Translations under genes and position numbers: made by a program
Part shown: positions 9,740 to 20,052 of the stretch, in pieces
Layout: each line of letters starts with the position of its first letter
How positions within the stretch are numbered: position 1 is the first letter of the stretch
From: Nitrospira lenta
GTDB taxonomy: Bacteria; Nitrospirota; Nitrospiria; Nitrospirales; Nitrospiraceae
Length of the DNA stretch: 64,000 bases
Direction: 5' to 3'
NCBI GenBank assembly: GCA_945905765.1
Contig: CAMDPZ010000002.1
Span: forward strand, 3,123-67,122
The notes under the pieces: model-generated
The model's input: only the letters and a program-made list of their open reading frames with translations
What the model was told of the DNA's origin: nothing
Databases searched by the model: none

Positions 9740-10219
9740 ATGGGCAAGACGATGTTAGGGGTCTTCTTCGGCCTCGTGATGGTCGCGACTGGGGCATCCA
9801 CCGCGTTTGCGCTCCAGGCTGGTGGAGTCGAAGTCGGGGATCTGGAGACTGGCTCCGTGGTCGGTCAGGCGTTCAAGGAGCTGGACGTCGATGCCCAGCT
9901 GTTCGCAATCGAGATCGGCAACTTGAAGACGTGGTATCCGCCCGTCACGATCATCGATTTCAAAGTTCGGCCTGGTCGTCCAGTTTTGCTCAAGGTGACG
10001 AACAATTCTACCGCTGACCATGGATTTCAGATGACCGATGCGACGAACGCCGGTTCGCCGTTTGTCATGAAGGCGGAAGTGGTCTTGAAGCCTGGCGAAA
10101 CGAAGTACATTGGTATTCCGACCAGCGACATGTTCTATGCGACGCAGGGCAACACCCTGACCTATCGCTGCCAGCTGCATGCAGGGCATGTCGGTGGCAA
10201 GATTTTGATGATCAAGTAA
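9740..10219 (+). CDS. secreted cupredoxin-like (blue-copper-type) protein
   Basis: Signal peptide MGKTMLGVFFGLVMVATGASTAFA. Candidate Cu ligands are H in TADHGF and C/H/M in YRCQLHAGHVGGKILM. AAGGAGG lies upstream of the ATG. Confidence 0.6.
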   Translation: MGKTMLGVFFGLVMVATGASTAFALQAGGVEVGDLETGSVVGQAFKELDVDAQLFAIEIGNLKTWYPPVTIIDFKVRPGRPVLLKVTNNSTADHGFQMTDATNAGSPFVMKAEVVLKPGETKYIGIPTSDMFYATQGNTLTYRCQLHAGHVGGKILMIK

Positions 10220-10245
10220 GAGTTTTCGAGAGCTGATTCATGAGC

Positions 10246-10287
10246 ATCGCCCGCTCCGCGACAACGCGGAGCGGGCGATGGCTTTTT
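10246..10287. terminator. strong hairpin terminator between convergent genes
   Basis: A 15-bp perfect stem atcgcccgctccgcg / cgcggagcgggcgat with loop acaa, followed by ggcttttt. Confidence 0.8.
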
Positions 10288-10294
10288 GCGGTTC

Positions 10295-10627
10295 TTACAC
10301 GTCTTTTTCCGCGCGACAGTCCGCGCCCGGTTCGAGTGGAAGATTCTGAATTCCCCTGATCTCTCCCGCTACGATCAATAATAAGAAATGGTTTACGGTG
10401 GGTTCTGCTTCGCGAGGCCGGCTCACGATGGTGTGCATGTCTACGACCATTTCATCTCCCTCCCACTGGGTATCGTTGATTACCCAATAGTGGCCTCGCG
10501 CATCGGGAAATTGGCGCACGACAAACGCTTCAATGATGGTGCCCAGATCGCCCGGACTGGCCCGCGTGAGCGAGGGGAGGGTGAGGATGCCGCAGAGCAG
10601 GGCGACGATGATCCAGTGAGGCCGCAT
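10295..10627 (-). CDS. secreted hypothetical protein
   Basis: Internal ATG at 10627 gives MRPHWIIVALLCGILTLPSLTRASP, a signal-peptide-like N-terminus. The ORF is open to 10702. Confidence 0.5.
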   Translation of the reverse strand: MRPHWIIVALLCGILTLPSLTRASPGDLGTIIEAFVVRQFPDARGHYWVINDTQWEGDEMVVDMHTIVSRPREAEPTVNHFLLLIVAGEIRGIQNLPLEPGADCRAEKDV

Positions 10628-10780
10628 GTTGCACCTCCGCGCGAGGGAGTGAGAAGCATGGGCGGCTCCATCGAGAAAAGAGAGAGCCGGACGGTCCGCC
10701 AACGATCAATGCGACGGTACTCTGAGACGGGAAGGAAGTCCAGATGAGAGGGCGGTTTCTGACGTGATCCGTTAGAAGAG

Positions 10781-10816
10781 AAAGGCCCTGCTTCTCAGGA
10801 GAAAAGCAGGGCCTTT
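10781..10816 (-). terminator. hairpin downstream of the ferredoxin gene
   Basis: aaaggccctgct / agcagggccttt stem (12 bp). A T-rich tract follows on the minus strand. Confidence 0.6.
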
Positions 10817-10838
10817 GCGATTGAACGATGCGCGATGA

Positions 10839-11186
10839 TTAGTTGCGCACGCCGCTCCAGATCTTCGTCGGATCGATCGTCTTGTCCGGATTCAGTGCCT
10901 TCACCTTCTCCAGCAGGACTTCCGTCGTTTCCGGATAGAGCGGATCGGCAATGCAGCAATTGTCGACTGGGCAAACGGCCGCGCATTGCGGTTCGTCGAA
11001 GTGTCCGACGCACTCGGTGCAGCGGTCGTGCGTAATGATATAGATACTATCGCCGACTCCCTGGCCGTCGCCGACATGATGGCCCTTCGCTTCCGCGTCG
11101 CTGCGAGTTTCGAAAATCGCCTCGTTCGGACATTCGGGCAGGCAAGCTCCACAAGAGATACATTCATCGGTAATCAGCAGCGCCAT
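10839..11186 (-). CDS. YfhL-type 4Fe-4S ferredoxin
   Basis: MALLITDECISCGACLPECPNEAI ... CTECVGHFDEPQCAAVCPVDNC. ATG at 11186 follows GGAGG. Confidence 0.85.
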   Translation of the reverse strand: MALLITDECISCGACLPECPNEAIFETRSDAEAKGHHVGDGQGVGDSIYIITHDRCTECVGHFDEPQCAAVCPVDNCCIADPLYPETTEVLLEKVKALNPDKTIDPTKIWSGVRN

Positions 11187-11407
11187 GACCCTCGCCTCCT
11201 TCTCACCACAATGAGACACAGATGGTTGACAAGCCCGTCTCGCCACGACATAGTGCGTGACGCGACGCGAGGCCCATTCTAGTCCGTCGTTCTTTTCTAA
11301 GTCAACAGAACGGTCCTTGCTCAGAAGGCCTAGACGACCTGTTTTATGGGCCGTTTTATGGGCCTTTGGGCCCAGTGAACCATTACAAGTCGTGAGAGAG
11401 AATATCT

Positions 11408-11902
11408 ATGGCCATTCCATCGGTAAGCGATCGGGAGCAGAAAAGGAAGCGCATTATCACGCTCGTGCTTATGGCGATTTTTCTGATGAGCGCCTCGTTT
11501 TTCCTGATCGATCGCAAAGACGAGACCATCATTGTCGTGTCCTTTCCGAATGGCCGTACGCTCGAGACGGAGGTGGCGGATACGCCGGAGAAACTGCTCT
11601 TCGGTCTCGCTTTTCGGGAGACGTTGCCGGCGAACAGTGGAATGCTTTATATCTTTGAGTCGACCGGCCAGAACCATATCTGGACGAGAGGCTATCGGTT
11701 TCCGGTGGACATGATATGGATCGATGAAAGCCATCATATCGTGGGGCTGAAAGAGCATGTCGCGCCCTGCGTGGAAGATGTCTGCCCTCAATATAGTTCC
11801 GCCCCTGATGCGGTCCGTTACGCGATTCAAACGGAAGCCGGTTTCATCGAGCGGGAAGGGGTCACGGTCGGACTGGAATTAAAATATACGCTGCGGATGT
11901 AA
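11408..11902 (+). CDS. DUF192-family protein (COG1430-like)
   Basis: N-terminal membrane anchor, then ...GMLYIFE...IWTRGYRFPVDMIWIDESHHIVG..., typical of DUF192. Confidence 0.65.
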   Translation: MAIPSVSDREQKRKRIITLVLMAIFLMSASFFLIDRKDETIIVVSFPNGRTLETEVADTPEKLLFGLAFRETLPANSGMLYIFESTGQNHIWTRGYRFPVDMIWIDESHHIVGLKEHVAPCVEDVCPQYSSAPDAVRYAIQTEAGFIEREGVTVGLELKYTLRM

Positions 11903-11946
11903 GGTCTGCGGCGTGGAAAAGATCTAGAAAGAGGAGTCGGTGTCGC

Positions 11947-12267
11947 ATGTTAGAGGGATTTCAATCCGTCGCCCGCGTTGAAGAGCTGCAACCCGGGCAA
12001 TCAAAAGTCGTGACAGTCCAGAATCGCGAGCTGGCTCTGTTTAATATCCAGGGGACGTATTTCGCGATTCATAACCTCTGCCCTCATGAGGGTGGTCCCT
12101 TGAGCGAAGGGCGCGTGAAGGGGTTTGTCGTGGCCTGTCCCTGGCACGATCTGGCTTTCGATATTCGAAACGGGCAAGGAACGGACGGGGGCGGGTATTG
12201 CGTGGGCAGTTATGACGTGCGGGTGGAGGGCGCGGAGATTTTCGTCGGGCCCAGGAAGAAAACATAG
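11947..12267 (+). CDS. Rieske [2Fe-2S] ferredoxin (NirD-like small subunit type)
   Basis: CPHEGGPL ... CPWHDLAFD Rieske ligand boxes. Confidence 0.85.
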   Translation: MLEGFQSVARVEELQPGQSKVVTVQNRELALFNIQGTYFAIHNLCPHEGGPLSEGRVKGFVVACPWHDLAFDIRNGQGTDGGGYCVGSYDVRVEGAEIFVGPRKKT

Positions 12268-12308
12268 AAGATCAGGCGGAGAGGGAGCGGATTGCCGCGT
12301 AATTCACG

Positions 12309-12665
12309 ATGAGTATGACGTCCAGCCAGGACCATGACGGCTTTAAGTTATCAGACGGGGCCAAGGTCATTCAGGCGACCCTTGAGCAGCCCATCCGGAT
12401 TCATCTCTGGGAAGATCGGACGAGAGGAGAGCTCTGGGTTCCGACCTACGATCCGGTGGGGCTGTCAATGCTGGCAGACGATTACCTGCGCATTGCCGGG
12501 AATAATGCCGTCGATAACGGACGGAGGACTTTTGAGTTTCAGGCGATCAAGCCGGGAATCCATCGGGTGCTGTTCGAGAAACGCATGGGGTGGAAATTCA
12601 CCGCCGAAGACCGGCGCGTCTTCGAGGTGACCGTTTCCGATTCCTCGTCCTGCGGGAGTGCGTAA
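12309..12665 (+). CDS. small chagasin/ICP-like (inhibitor I42-like) domain protein, tentative
   Basis: The size and motif spacing (IRIHLWEDRTRGELW ... DNGRRTFEFQAIKPGIHRVLFEKRMGW) recall the chagasin layout NPTTGYxW...GxGGxxxFxF...RPW. The motifs are degenerate. Confidence 0.35.
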   Translation: MSMTSSQDHDGFKLSDGAKVIQATLEQPIRIHLWEDRTRGELWVPTYDPVGLSMLADDYLRIAGNNAVDNGRRTFEFQAIKPGIHRVLFEKRMGWKFTAEDRRVFEVTVSDSSSCGSA

Positions 12666-12667
12666 CC

Positions 12668-13507
12668 GTGCCGGATGTGGCTTTCGTCAATGGAGCGTTT
12701 GTGTCGCCGGCCGACGCCAAGGTTTCGATCGACGATCGAGGCTTTCAGTTCGGCGACGGTATCTATGAAGTGATCCGCACGTACGGGGGGCGGCCCTTCG
12801 AGCTCGACGCTCATCTGGCTCGTCTTGACCGTAGCGCTGCGGCGCTCGATCTGACTCAGCCCTATTCCCGCGCCGAATGGACCAATCGTATCCTGGAAGG
12901 GATCAGGCGGGCGGCCTACCCCGAAGCCAAAATTTACATTCAGCTGACCAGGGGTGTCGCGCCCCGTGACCATGCCTACGAGGCTGATCTGGCGCCCACG
13001 GTCGTCATGACGGTGCGTGAGCTTCACCCGCTCAGCCGATCGGTGCAGGCGGCCGGCGTGGAGGCGATGACGATCGAGGACATCAGGTGGGGCCGTTGCG
13101 ATATTAAGAGCGTGAATCTATTGGGTAATGTGCTCGCGCGTCAGCAGGCTAAGCGGGCTCAGGTCTTTGAAGCCATTTTGGTCAAAGAGGGCTCGATTAC
13201 CGAGGGGGCTGTCAGCAACGTGATGGTTGTCCGTGGAGGCACGGTCATGACTGCTCCGGAAGGGCCGCGGATTTTGTCCGGGGTCACGAGGGCCGTCGTG
13301 TTAGGGCTGGCCAGGAAAGAAGGGCTGCCGGTTCAGGAATGTTGCATTACTCAGGCGGACCTCTATGGCGCGGACGAGGTGCTTCTCACCGGCACCACCG
13401 TCGAGGTGCTCGCCGTCGTTCGGGTGGACGGAAAGGTCATTAAGGACGGGCGTCCCGGACCGATTACCCAACGACTTGCCGCAGGCTTTACGGGCCTGGT
13501 TGGCTAG
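12668..13507 (+). CDS. class IV aminotransferase (D-amino-acid / branched-chain type)
   Basis: VSIDDRGFQFGDGIYEVIR, ...CDIKSVNLLGNVLA..., ITEGAVSNVMVV. GTG at 12668 lies just after the upstream stop. The track ORF from 12590 would overlap the upstream gene. Confidence 0.85.
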   Translation: MPDVAFVNGAFVSPADAKVSIDDRGFQFGDGIYEVIRTYGGRPFELDAHLARLDRSAAALDLTQPYSRAEWTNRILEGIRRAAYPEAKIYIQLTRGVAPRDHAYEADLAPTVVMTVRELHPLSRSVQAAGVEAMTIEDIRWGRCDIKSVNLLGNVLARQQAKRAQVFEAILVKEGSITEGAVSNVMVVRGGTVMTAPEGPRILSGVTRAVVLGLARKEGLPVQECCITQADLYGADEVLLTGTTVEVLAVVRVDGKVIKDGRPGPITQRLAAGFTGLVG

Positions 13508-13556
13508 CTCTCCCCTTGCTTTGGCCTAGGGGGCATGCTATGGTTCCGCTATTGGA

Positions 13557-13580
13557 AGTGGGCTCAGGCCCACTTTTTTG
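13557..13580 (+). terminator. rho-independent terminator after the aminotransferase gene
   Basis: agtgggc-tcag-gcccact followed by TTTTT. Confidence 0.7.
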
Positions 13581-13622
13581 TTTGATCACTTGAATGTGTT
13601 ATCCAAAGAAGCAGGGCTAGGG

Positions 13623-14105
13623 GTGCCGGTGAAGGAGTCCCGACCGGTCGTCGACCGCATCAGCGAGGTAGTATCGCCTATCCTATGGGCCTTGGGCTTG
13701 GAATTGGTCGATGTCGTCTGTGTGGGGCAAGGTCCGCGGTCAGTCGTGCGTGTGTATATCGATAAGCCGGACGGCGTCACGGTAGAAGATTGCGGGCGTG
13801 CCCATCTCGCGATCAGTCCGGCCTTGGATGTGGCTGATCCCTTCCCCCATGCCTATACGCTGGAAGTCTCCTCGCCCGGTCTGGATCGGGCCTTCAGACG
13901 GATTCAGGATTATCGCCGGGCCGTGGGGAAGCAAGTGAGCGTGAAGCTCCGGCAGCCGACTGACGGGCAGTGGCGTGTGGTCGGGTTGTTGACGGAAGTG
14001 AATGAGCAGGGAGTGACGGTCGTGGTAAGCGATCCGCGCCCTGAGCGGACGGTTATCCTGGGGTTCGACTCGATCGCTGAAGCGCGTCGCGTCGTCACGT
14101 TTTAG
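13623..14105 (+). CDS. rimP: ribosome maturation factor RimP
   Basis: ...ISEVVSPILWALGLELVDVVC...VRVYIDKPDGVTVEDC...LEVSSPGLDR. The start is uncertain: GTG at 13623 or 13629. The TTG at 13578 sits inside the terminator. Confidence 0.85.
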   Translation: MPVKESRPVVDRISEVVSPILWALGLELVDVVCVGQGPRSVVRVYIDKPDGVTVEDCGRAHLAISPALDVADPFPHAYTLEVSSPGLDRAFRRIQDYRRAVGKQVSVKLRQPTDGQWRVVGLLTEVNEQGVTVVVSDPRPERTVILGFDSIAEARRVVTF

Positions 14106-14189
14106 GCCGTACCGAAGTCGATCACCGCGGTAGCCGCCTACCGCCGTATTGAGAGGGTGGCTGCAGGGGCAGTCGCCGGAGAGTAAATT

Positions 14190-15353
14190 ATGAATCGTGA
14201 ATTAATTTCCGTCATCGACGAACTTGGCCGGTCGAAGGGCATCGAGAAGAGCCGCGTGATCGGCGCGATCGAAGCCGCCTTGCTCATGGCCGCCAAGAAG
14301 CGTTTCGGGCAGGCTGAAAACATCCAGGTCGAGATCGACTCGAAGACCGGTGAGATTTCTGTCGTATCGAAGAAGACCATCGTTGACACGGTCACCAATC
14401 CGAAAACCGAGGTCTCGCTTCAGGAAGCACGCCAGTTCGACAGCGAGGCGGAGGTCGGGGACGAAATCGGGTCGCTGATCGAGATGAACGACTTGGGTCG
14501 GATTGCCGCTCAAACCGCCAAGCAGGTGATTTTCCAGAAGGTCCGCGAGGCCGAATGGGAAGCGGTTCAAAAAGAATATTCGACGAGACAGGGCGATTTG
14601 GTCAACGGCATCATTCTCGGAATGGAGCGCCGGAACTACCTGGTGGATCTAGGCAAGACCGAGGCGGTCCTGCCGGTTCAGGAGCAGATCCCGCGGGAAA
14701 CCTATCGGCGCGGTGATCGGGTCAAGGCCATGCTTCTGGAAGTGCGCCGGACCCCGAAGGATGTGCAGGTTATTTTGACGCGGAGCCATCCGCAGTTTGT
14801 CGCGAAGCTGTTCGAGTTGGAAGTGCCGGAAGTGCTCGAGAAAATCGTCGAGATCAAGTCCATCGTGCGGGAGCCTGGCGATCGGACGAAGATCGCCGTG
14901 ACGTCGCGCGAAAAAGCGGTCGATCCGGTCGGGGCCTGCGTGGGCATCAAGGGTTCGCGGGTTCAAGCGGTGGTGCGTGAGCTGCGCGGCGAGAAAATCG
15001 ACATCATTACCTGGACCTCCGACCCGCGCGTCTTCATCGCGGAAGCGTTGAACCCTGCGAGCATCGAGAAGGTCGGCGTCGACGAAGAGAAGAAGTCGGC
15101 GTTGGTCGTGGTGGCGGATTCCCAGCTGTCGCTCGCGATCGGCAAAAACGGCCAGAACGTGCGGTTAGCGGTCCGTCTGACCGGCTGGAAGATCGACATC
15201 ATCAGCGCGACGGAATACGAAAAAGAAAAAGCCGAGCGGGATAAAGATATCAAGGCGGCGTTTGCAGAGGAAGCCGAGGCGCTGCACCAGCAACAAGAAG
15301 CCCGGGAACAGGAATTACAGGCCCGGGCAGAGTCGGAGTCGGATGCCGGGTAA
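14190..15353 (+). CDS. nusA: transcription termination/antitermination factor NusA
   Basis: N-terminal domain, S1 and two KH domains ([25 protein letters not shown]; [23 protein letters not shown]). Confidence 0.95.
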   Translation: MNRELISVIDELGRSKGIEKSRVIGAIEAALLMAAKKRFGQAENIQVEIDSKTGEISVVSKKTIVDTVTNPKTEVSLQEARQFDSEAEVGDEIGSLIEMNDLGRIAAQTAKQVIFQKVREAEWEAVQKEYSTRQGDLVNGIILGMERRNYLVDLGKTEAVLPVQEQIPRETYRRGDRVKAMLLEVRRTPKDVQVILTRSHPQFVAKLFELEVPEVLEKIVEIKSIVREPGDRTKIAVTSREKAVDPVGACVGIKGSRVQAVVRELRGEKIDIITWTSDPRVFIAEALNPASIEKVGVDEEKKSALVVVADSQLSLAIGKNGQNVRLAVRLTGWKIDIISATEYEKEKAERDKDIKAAFAEEAEALHQQQEAREQELQARAESESDAG

Positions 15354-15376
15354 AGAAGAACAGGTGTCAAATCCTC

Positions 15377-17887
15377 ATGCGCGTTTACGAATTGGCTAAG
15401 CAGCTCGGAATGGAAAATCGCGAACTCATTCCTGAATTGAAGCGGATGGGTGTCGCCGTCACATCGCACAGCAGTGCGTTGGATGACGACGTGGTGCAAA
15501 AGGCGCTGGCAAAGCTCAGCTCGAAAGCGAAGGCTCCCGCGAAAGCGACGGGCAAGGCCACGGCAGGAGGCAAGGCTGGGGCGGCCCATGCCGCTCCGGT
15601 GGTTGAGGATGCCAAGGCTGATAAGCGCCGCATTTTGATCAAGCGCAAGCGCGACGATGAGGCTCCAGCCGAAGAGCCTGCATCCCTGCCAGCCGCGGAA
15701 ACGGCCGAGACGAGCGGAGCGGCTGTCGATACCCTTCACGTCAGCCCGCCTTCCGCGCATCCGGAAGTTGAGGCCCAGCGCGCGCCGCATCCTGAATTGA
15801 CGGTGATGACGGCGCCGGAGCCCTTCGTCGGGACTGCGACCGTTCCGCCTTCACTGACTGCCGCCAAGCCCGCCATCGCGCCCAGCATCGATCTGACCGC
15901 CGGAAAAAAGAAAGCGCTCTCCCTTGAAGAGATTCAAGCCGAGGGTTTGAAGGAAAAGGCGAAGAAGGCGAAGAAGCCAGGCCGCACGCGGGAAGAGGAA
16001 GAGCTTCGTCTTCGCGAGGATGCCGCTCGTTGGCAGGACCTGCGCGCGATTCCCTTACAGCAACGACGCGACGATCGCAGCAAGCATGTGCATCACGCCA
16101 TGCCAGGGGAAGTCACGAAGCCGCGCCGGAAGGGCTTCAAGTTTGCGCCTGGCATGACAGTGAAGGAGTTTGCCGAGCTGATCGGCCAACGTCCGGCCGA
16201 CATTATGCGCAAGTTGATGGATATGGGCCAGATGCTCACGTTCAATCAGACGATGAATGTGGACGCGGCCGTGATGATTGCAGAAGAGAACGGGATTAAG
16301 CTCGACCTTTCGACGGAGAAGGTGGGGGAAGAGTTGTTGGAGTCCGTCGTGCAGACGGAGGAAGATGCCCAGCTGGAGTCGCGGCCTCCGGTCGTGACGA
16401 TCATGGGCCACGTCGACCACGGCAAGACCTCGCTGCTCGATGCCATCAGGCAGACGAAGGTGGCGGAAGGCGAGGCCGGCGGAATTACGCAGCACATCGG
16501 CGCCTACACGGTGACGGTCCGCGGGAAGCAGGTCACGTTCCTGGATACGCCGGGTCACGAAGCCTTTACCGCCATGCGCGGTCGCGGCGCCAAGATTACC
16601 GACATCGTCATCCTGGTCGTGGCAGCGGACGATGGCGTGATGCCGCAAACGATTGAAGCCATCAACCACGCCAAGGCCGCATCTGTTCCGATGATTGTGG
16701 CCATCAATAAGATCGATAAGCCCGGCGCAAACGTCGACCGTGTCAAGAACGCCCTGTCCGAACATGGACTCATTTCCGAGTCGTGGGGCGGCGACACGAT
16801 CATGGTTGAAGTGTCGGCCAAGGAAAAGACCGGCCTGGATACGTTGCTGGAAATGATTCTGTTGCAGTCCGAAGTGCTGGAGCTCAAGGCGGACCCGCAT
16901 CGGATGGCCAAGGGCGTTGTGGTGGAAGCCAAGCTGGAGCGAGGCCGTGGCCCGGTGGCGACGGTGCTGGTTCAGAGCGGGACCTTGCGCGTCGGCGATG
17001 TGTTCGTCGTCGGAGTATTTAGCGGCAAAGTGCGCGCGCTCATTACGCATACGGGCGCTAAGGTAATGGAGGCCGGTCCTTCCATTCCTGTTGAAGTGGC
17101 CGGTCTTCCCGGTGTGCCCTCTGCTGGCGATGTCTTTCAAGTTGTGAAGGACGAGCGGGTTGCGCGAGAGATTGCGGAAGATCGCGCCCATAAGCAGCGC
17201 ACGACTGATTTGTCCGGGTCGGCGAAAGTCACCCTCGACGATCTGTTTGCCAAGATCAAAGAAGGCTCCGTGAAGGAGCTGGCATTGGTGATCAAGTCCG
17301 ACGTTCAGGGGTCGGCTGAAGCCTTGACCGCGAGCGTCGAAAAACTGGCGACCCCCGCAGTCAAGCTGCGCGTTATTCACAGCGGTGTGGGCGGGATCAC
17401 GGAATCCGACGTGTTGCTGGCTTCCGCGTCGAACGCCATTGTGATCGGGTTCAATGTCAGGCCGGAGCCAAAGGCGTCCGCCCTGGCCGAGCAGCAAGGC
17501 GTGGATGTCCGGCAGTACAGCATTATTTACGATGCGATGACCGAGATTAAGGCCGCGATGGAAGGGCTGCTTGAGCCGACGCTTAAGGAGCGGATTCTGG
17601 GACGGGCCGAGGTGCGGCAGGTCTTCACGGTGTCCAAGGCCGGCGTCATTGCCGGAGCCTATGTGGTGGACGGCACGATCAGCCGCGCGGCGGTCGGGGT
17701 CCGGGTGCTTCGCGACAATGTGGTGGTCTACGAAGGCAAGCTCGGGTCGTTGCGCCGCTTCAAGGACGATGTCCGCGAAGTGCAGCAAGGCTACGAATGC
17801 GGAATCAGCGTCGAGAATTTCAACGATATCAAGGCCGGGGACATCATCGAAGCCTATGCGGTCGATAAGATCGCCGCAAAGCTCTAA
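15377..17887 (+). CDS. infB: translation initiation factor IF-2
   Basis: GTPase motifs [27 protein letters not shown]. Typical Ala/Lys/Pro-rich N-terminal region. Confidence 0.97.
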   Translation: MRVYELAKQLGMENRELIPELKRMGVAVTSHSSALDDDVVQKALAKLSSKAKAPAKATGKATAGGKAGAAHAAPVVEDAKADKRRILIKRKRDDEAPAEEPASLPAAETAETSGAAVDTLHVSPPSAHPEVEAQRAPHPELTVMTAPEPFVGTATVPPSLTAAKPAIAPSIDLTAGKKKALSLEEIQAEGLKEKAKKAKKPGRTREEEELRLREDAARWQDLRAIPLQQRRDDRSKHVHHAMPGEVTKPRRKGFKFAPGMTVKEFAELIGQRPADIMRKLMDMGQMLTFNQTMNVDAAVMIAEENGIKLDLSTEKVGEELLESVVQTEEDAQLESRPPVVTIMGHVDHGKTSLLDAIRQTKVAEGEAGGITQHIGAYTVTVRGKQVTFLDTPGHEAFTAMRGRGAKITDIVILVVAADDGVMPQTIEAINHAKAASVPMIVAINKIDKPGANVDRVKNALSEHGLISESWGGDTIMVEVSAKEKTGLDTLLEMILLQSEVLELKADPHRMAKGVVVEAKLERGRGPVATVLVQSGTLRVGDVFVVGVFSGKVRALITHTGAKVMEAGPSIPVEVAGLPGVPSAGDVFQVVKDERVAREIAEDRAHKQRTTDLSGSAKVTLDDLFAKIKEGSVKELALVIKSDVQGSAEALTASVEKLATPAVKLRVIHSGVGGITESDVLLASASNAIVIGFNVRPEPKASALAEQQGVDVRQYSIIYDAMTEIKAAMEGLLEPTLKERILGRAEVRQVFTVSKAGVIAGAYVVDGTISRAAVGVRVLRDNVVVYEGKLGSLRRFKDDVREVQQGYECGISVENFNDIKAGDIIEAYAVDKIAAKL

Positions 17888-17903
17888 GGCGTGAGTCTGC
17901 CCT

Positions 17904-18191
17904 GTGAGTATGATCGTCGGGCTCTGTACGGTCGAGTTGTTCCTTCCGGAAAGTCAGTCGCTGAAGGACAAGCGGCAGGTCCTGTTGAGTCTGAAAGATC
18001 GCTTGCGGGAGAAGTTCAACCTGTCCGTCGCCGAGGTGGATGAACAGGACCTGTGGCAGAAGGCCGTGCTGGGGCTAGCCTGCGTGGCCAACGACGGACG
18101 ATACGTCAATCAAGTCTGTGACCAGGCGCTGAATCTGATTCGGAGCGTCTCGACGGTGGAAGTCGTTCAGTCGAGAGTGGAACTGTTGTGA
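17904..18191 (+). CDS. DUF503 (YlxP-like) protein
   Basis: The small protein in the conserved infB-rbfA slot: ...LPESQSLKDKRQVLLSLKDRLREKFNLSVAEVDEQDLWQ... Confidence 0.8.
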   Translation: MSMIVGLCTVELFLPESQSLKDKRQVLLSLKDRLREKFNLSVAEVDEQDLWQKAVLGLACVANDGRYVNQVCDQALNLIRSVSTVEVVQSRVELL

Positions 18192-18613
18192 CGGCGGCAT
18201 GCCCGGTGGAGTGCACGGTGGCCAAGACGGGATATAATCGGGCCGATCGTGTGGCGGATCAGGTTCGCATGGAAGTGGCCGACATCCTCATGCGGAAGAT
18301 CAAGGATCCGCGCGTGCAGGCTGTGACGGTGACCGACGTCAAGTTGACGAGCGATTTGCGGATCGCCCGGGTGTACGTGACGACCATGGGCACGAAAGAA
18401 GAAGAGAAGCAGGTCCTCGTCGGGCTGGAGCAGGCTAGCGGGTTTATTCGCGGCGAGCTCGGTCGGCGGCTTTCGCTCCGGTATCTGCCGGAGATCGTGT
18501 TTACGATGGATGTCAGCGGGCCGAGGGGCGATCGCGTGTTGAAATTGTTAGACGAACTTCACGAGAAGACGGAGGCCGAGGGCGGCTCGTCCGACGAGCG
18601 GCCGGCTTCGTAG
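18188..18613 (+). CDS. rbfA: ribosome-binding factor A
   Basis: RADRVADQVRMEVADILMRKIKDPR...VTDVKLTSDLRIARVY. GTG at 18218 (VAKTGYNRADRV) is an equally plausible start. Confidence 0.9.
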   Translation: MTAACPVECTVAKTGYNRADRVADQVRMEVADILMRKIKDPRVQAVTVTDVKLTSDLRIARVYVTTMGTKEEEKQVLVGLEQASGFIRGELGRRLSLRYLPEIVFTMDVSGPRGDRVLKLLDELHEKTEAEGGSSDERPAS

Positions 18614-18623
18614 CGTCGGGGAC

Positions 18624-19583
18624 GTGATGATGGATCTCGCACAGAGCTGCGCCGTTGCCGATGGCGTGTTGATCATCAAGAAGGAAGCGGGTTGGACCTC
18701 CCACGATGTCGTGGCAAAGGTGCGGCATCTTCTCGGTGGTGTGAAGGTCGGTCATGCCGGGACCCTCGATCCTGCCGCAACGGGCGTATTGCCCGTGCTC
18801 ATCGGCAAGGGAACCCGCATTGCTGAATATCTGGTGGAGTGGGACAAGGAATATCGCGCGGTGCTGCGCCTCGGTGACACTACCGACACGCAGGATGCGA
18901 CGGGGACGGTTCTGGCGAGTCATGCGACCGATCAGGTGACGGAGGCGGCGATCCATGAGGCGGTCGGCCGGTTTCGCGGACCGATCGAGCAAATGCCCCC
19001 GATGTATTCCGCGGTGAAAATCGCCGGGGTCCCTTTATACAAGTCCGCTCGCGCGGGCAAAACGATTGCACGGGACGCGCGAACCATTGTCATCCATACC
19101 CTTGAGGTGATGGCGATCGAGGGGCGGGATGTGACGTTGCGCGTCGTCTGCTCCAAGGGAACCTATATCCGGACGCTTTGCGCGGACATAGGCGAAACGC
19201 TTGGTGTGGGCGGCCACATGCTGGCGTTGGAACGAAGGCGCGTCGGTCCCTTGACGATTGAGCAGGCCCTGACGGTGGATGAGGTGGTCGCCCGTCATGC
19301 CCTCGGCCGGCTGGGAGACGATCTGTTGTCGATGGATTTGGCGCTGAGCCAGCTGCCGGTTGCGGTGGTGGATGAACAGACGGCCGATCGTGTCGGGCAT
19401 GGGGCTCCAGTGCCTCTTGCGAAAATTCTTCGGTGGGAAGGGGCGGCCGCTGGCGAGCGTCGCTCACACGAGCCGGTCCGTATCCACGATAGCGCCGGAC
19501 GGTTGGTCGCGATCGGGAAATGTCCGGAAGTTTCGGGAGATGCGCTCAAGGTTGAGAAGGTGTTCAGCGATCAAGTTGTATGA
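18624..19583 (+). CDS. truB: tRNA pseudouridine-55 synthase TruB
   Basis: GVLIIKKEAGWTSHDVV...GHAGTLDPAATGVLPV (catalytic Asp motif) and ...YSAVKIAGVPLYKSAR. Confidence 0.95.
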   Translation: MMMDLAQSCAVADGVLIIKKEAGWTSHDVVAKVRHLLGGVKVGHAGTLDPAATGVLPVLIGKGTRIAEYLVEWDKEYRAVLRLGDTTDTQDATGTVLASHATDQVTEAAIHEAVGRFRGPIEQMPPMYSAVKIAGVPLYKSARAGKTIARDARTIVIHTLEVMAIEGRDVTLRVVCSKGTYIRTLCADIGETLGVGGHMLALERRRVGPLTIEQALTVDEVVARHALGRLGDDLLSMDLALSQLPVAVVDEQTADRVGHGAPVPLAKILRWEGAAAGERRSHEPVRIHDSAGRLVAIGKCPEVSGDALKVEKVFSDQVV

Positions 19584-19627
19584 TCCTCCGTTGCGGATGA
19601 AGGAAAGGAATAGGAAGGAAGGAACCC

Positions 19628-19897
19628 ATGGCATTACTTAAAGAAGCAAAGACTGAATTGATCAAGCAGTATCGGCAGCATGAGACGGATTCCGGTTCGC
19701 CGGAAGTCCAGATCGCGGTGCTTACCACCCGGATCACGTATTTGACGGAGCATTTCAAGCTCCACAAGAAAGATCACCATTCGCGACGTGGCCTCCTGCT
19801 GTTGGTCGGCCGCCGTCGTCGTTTGCTCGACTATCTTCGTGGTGTCAGCGATGCCCGGTACCGTGCGGTGATCGAGCGATTGGGCATCAGAAAGTAG
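19628..19897 (+). CDS. rpsO: 30S ribosomal protein S15
   Basis: ...[37 protein letters not shown]... Confidence 0.97.
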   Translation: MALLKEAKTELIKQYRQHETDSGSPEVQIAVLTTRITYLTEHFKLHKKDHHSRRGLLLLVGRRRRLLDYLRGVSDARYRAVIERLGIRK

Positions 19898-20052
19898 TAT
19901 CCCGTCTCGCTGTCGCGCCAGGGGGCGCTACAGCGGGCAGTAGTCGTCAGTTGTCAGTCGCACAGGTGAACACGGACAGAGGCTTGGAGTGTCCCGTATC
20001 GCTCGAGTCTCTCTCTGTGGGCATCTGTGGGGCCTAACCAGAGGAGAGACAG

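Noticed and set aside
11341-11373. Tandem duplication gttttatgggcc x2, plus a partial third copy tttgggccc, in the ferredoxin/DUF192 intergenic region.
   Set aside because: It is very short and fits replication slippage. It has no obvious relation to the nearby TTGACA-17-CATAGT promoter-like element. There is not enough evidence to call it a regulatory site.
9740-12267. An apparent cluster of small redox proteins (cupredoxin, ferredoxin, Rieske) that might form an electron-transfer module.
   Set aside because: The genes are on different strands, are separated by terminators and unrelated ORFs, and show no coupling. I see no sequence evidence that they function together.
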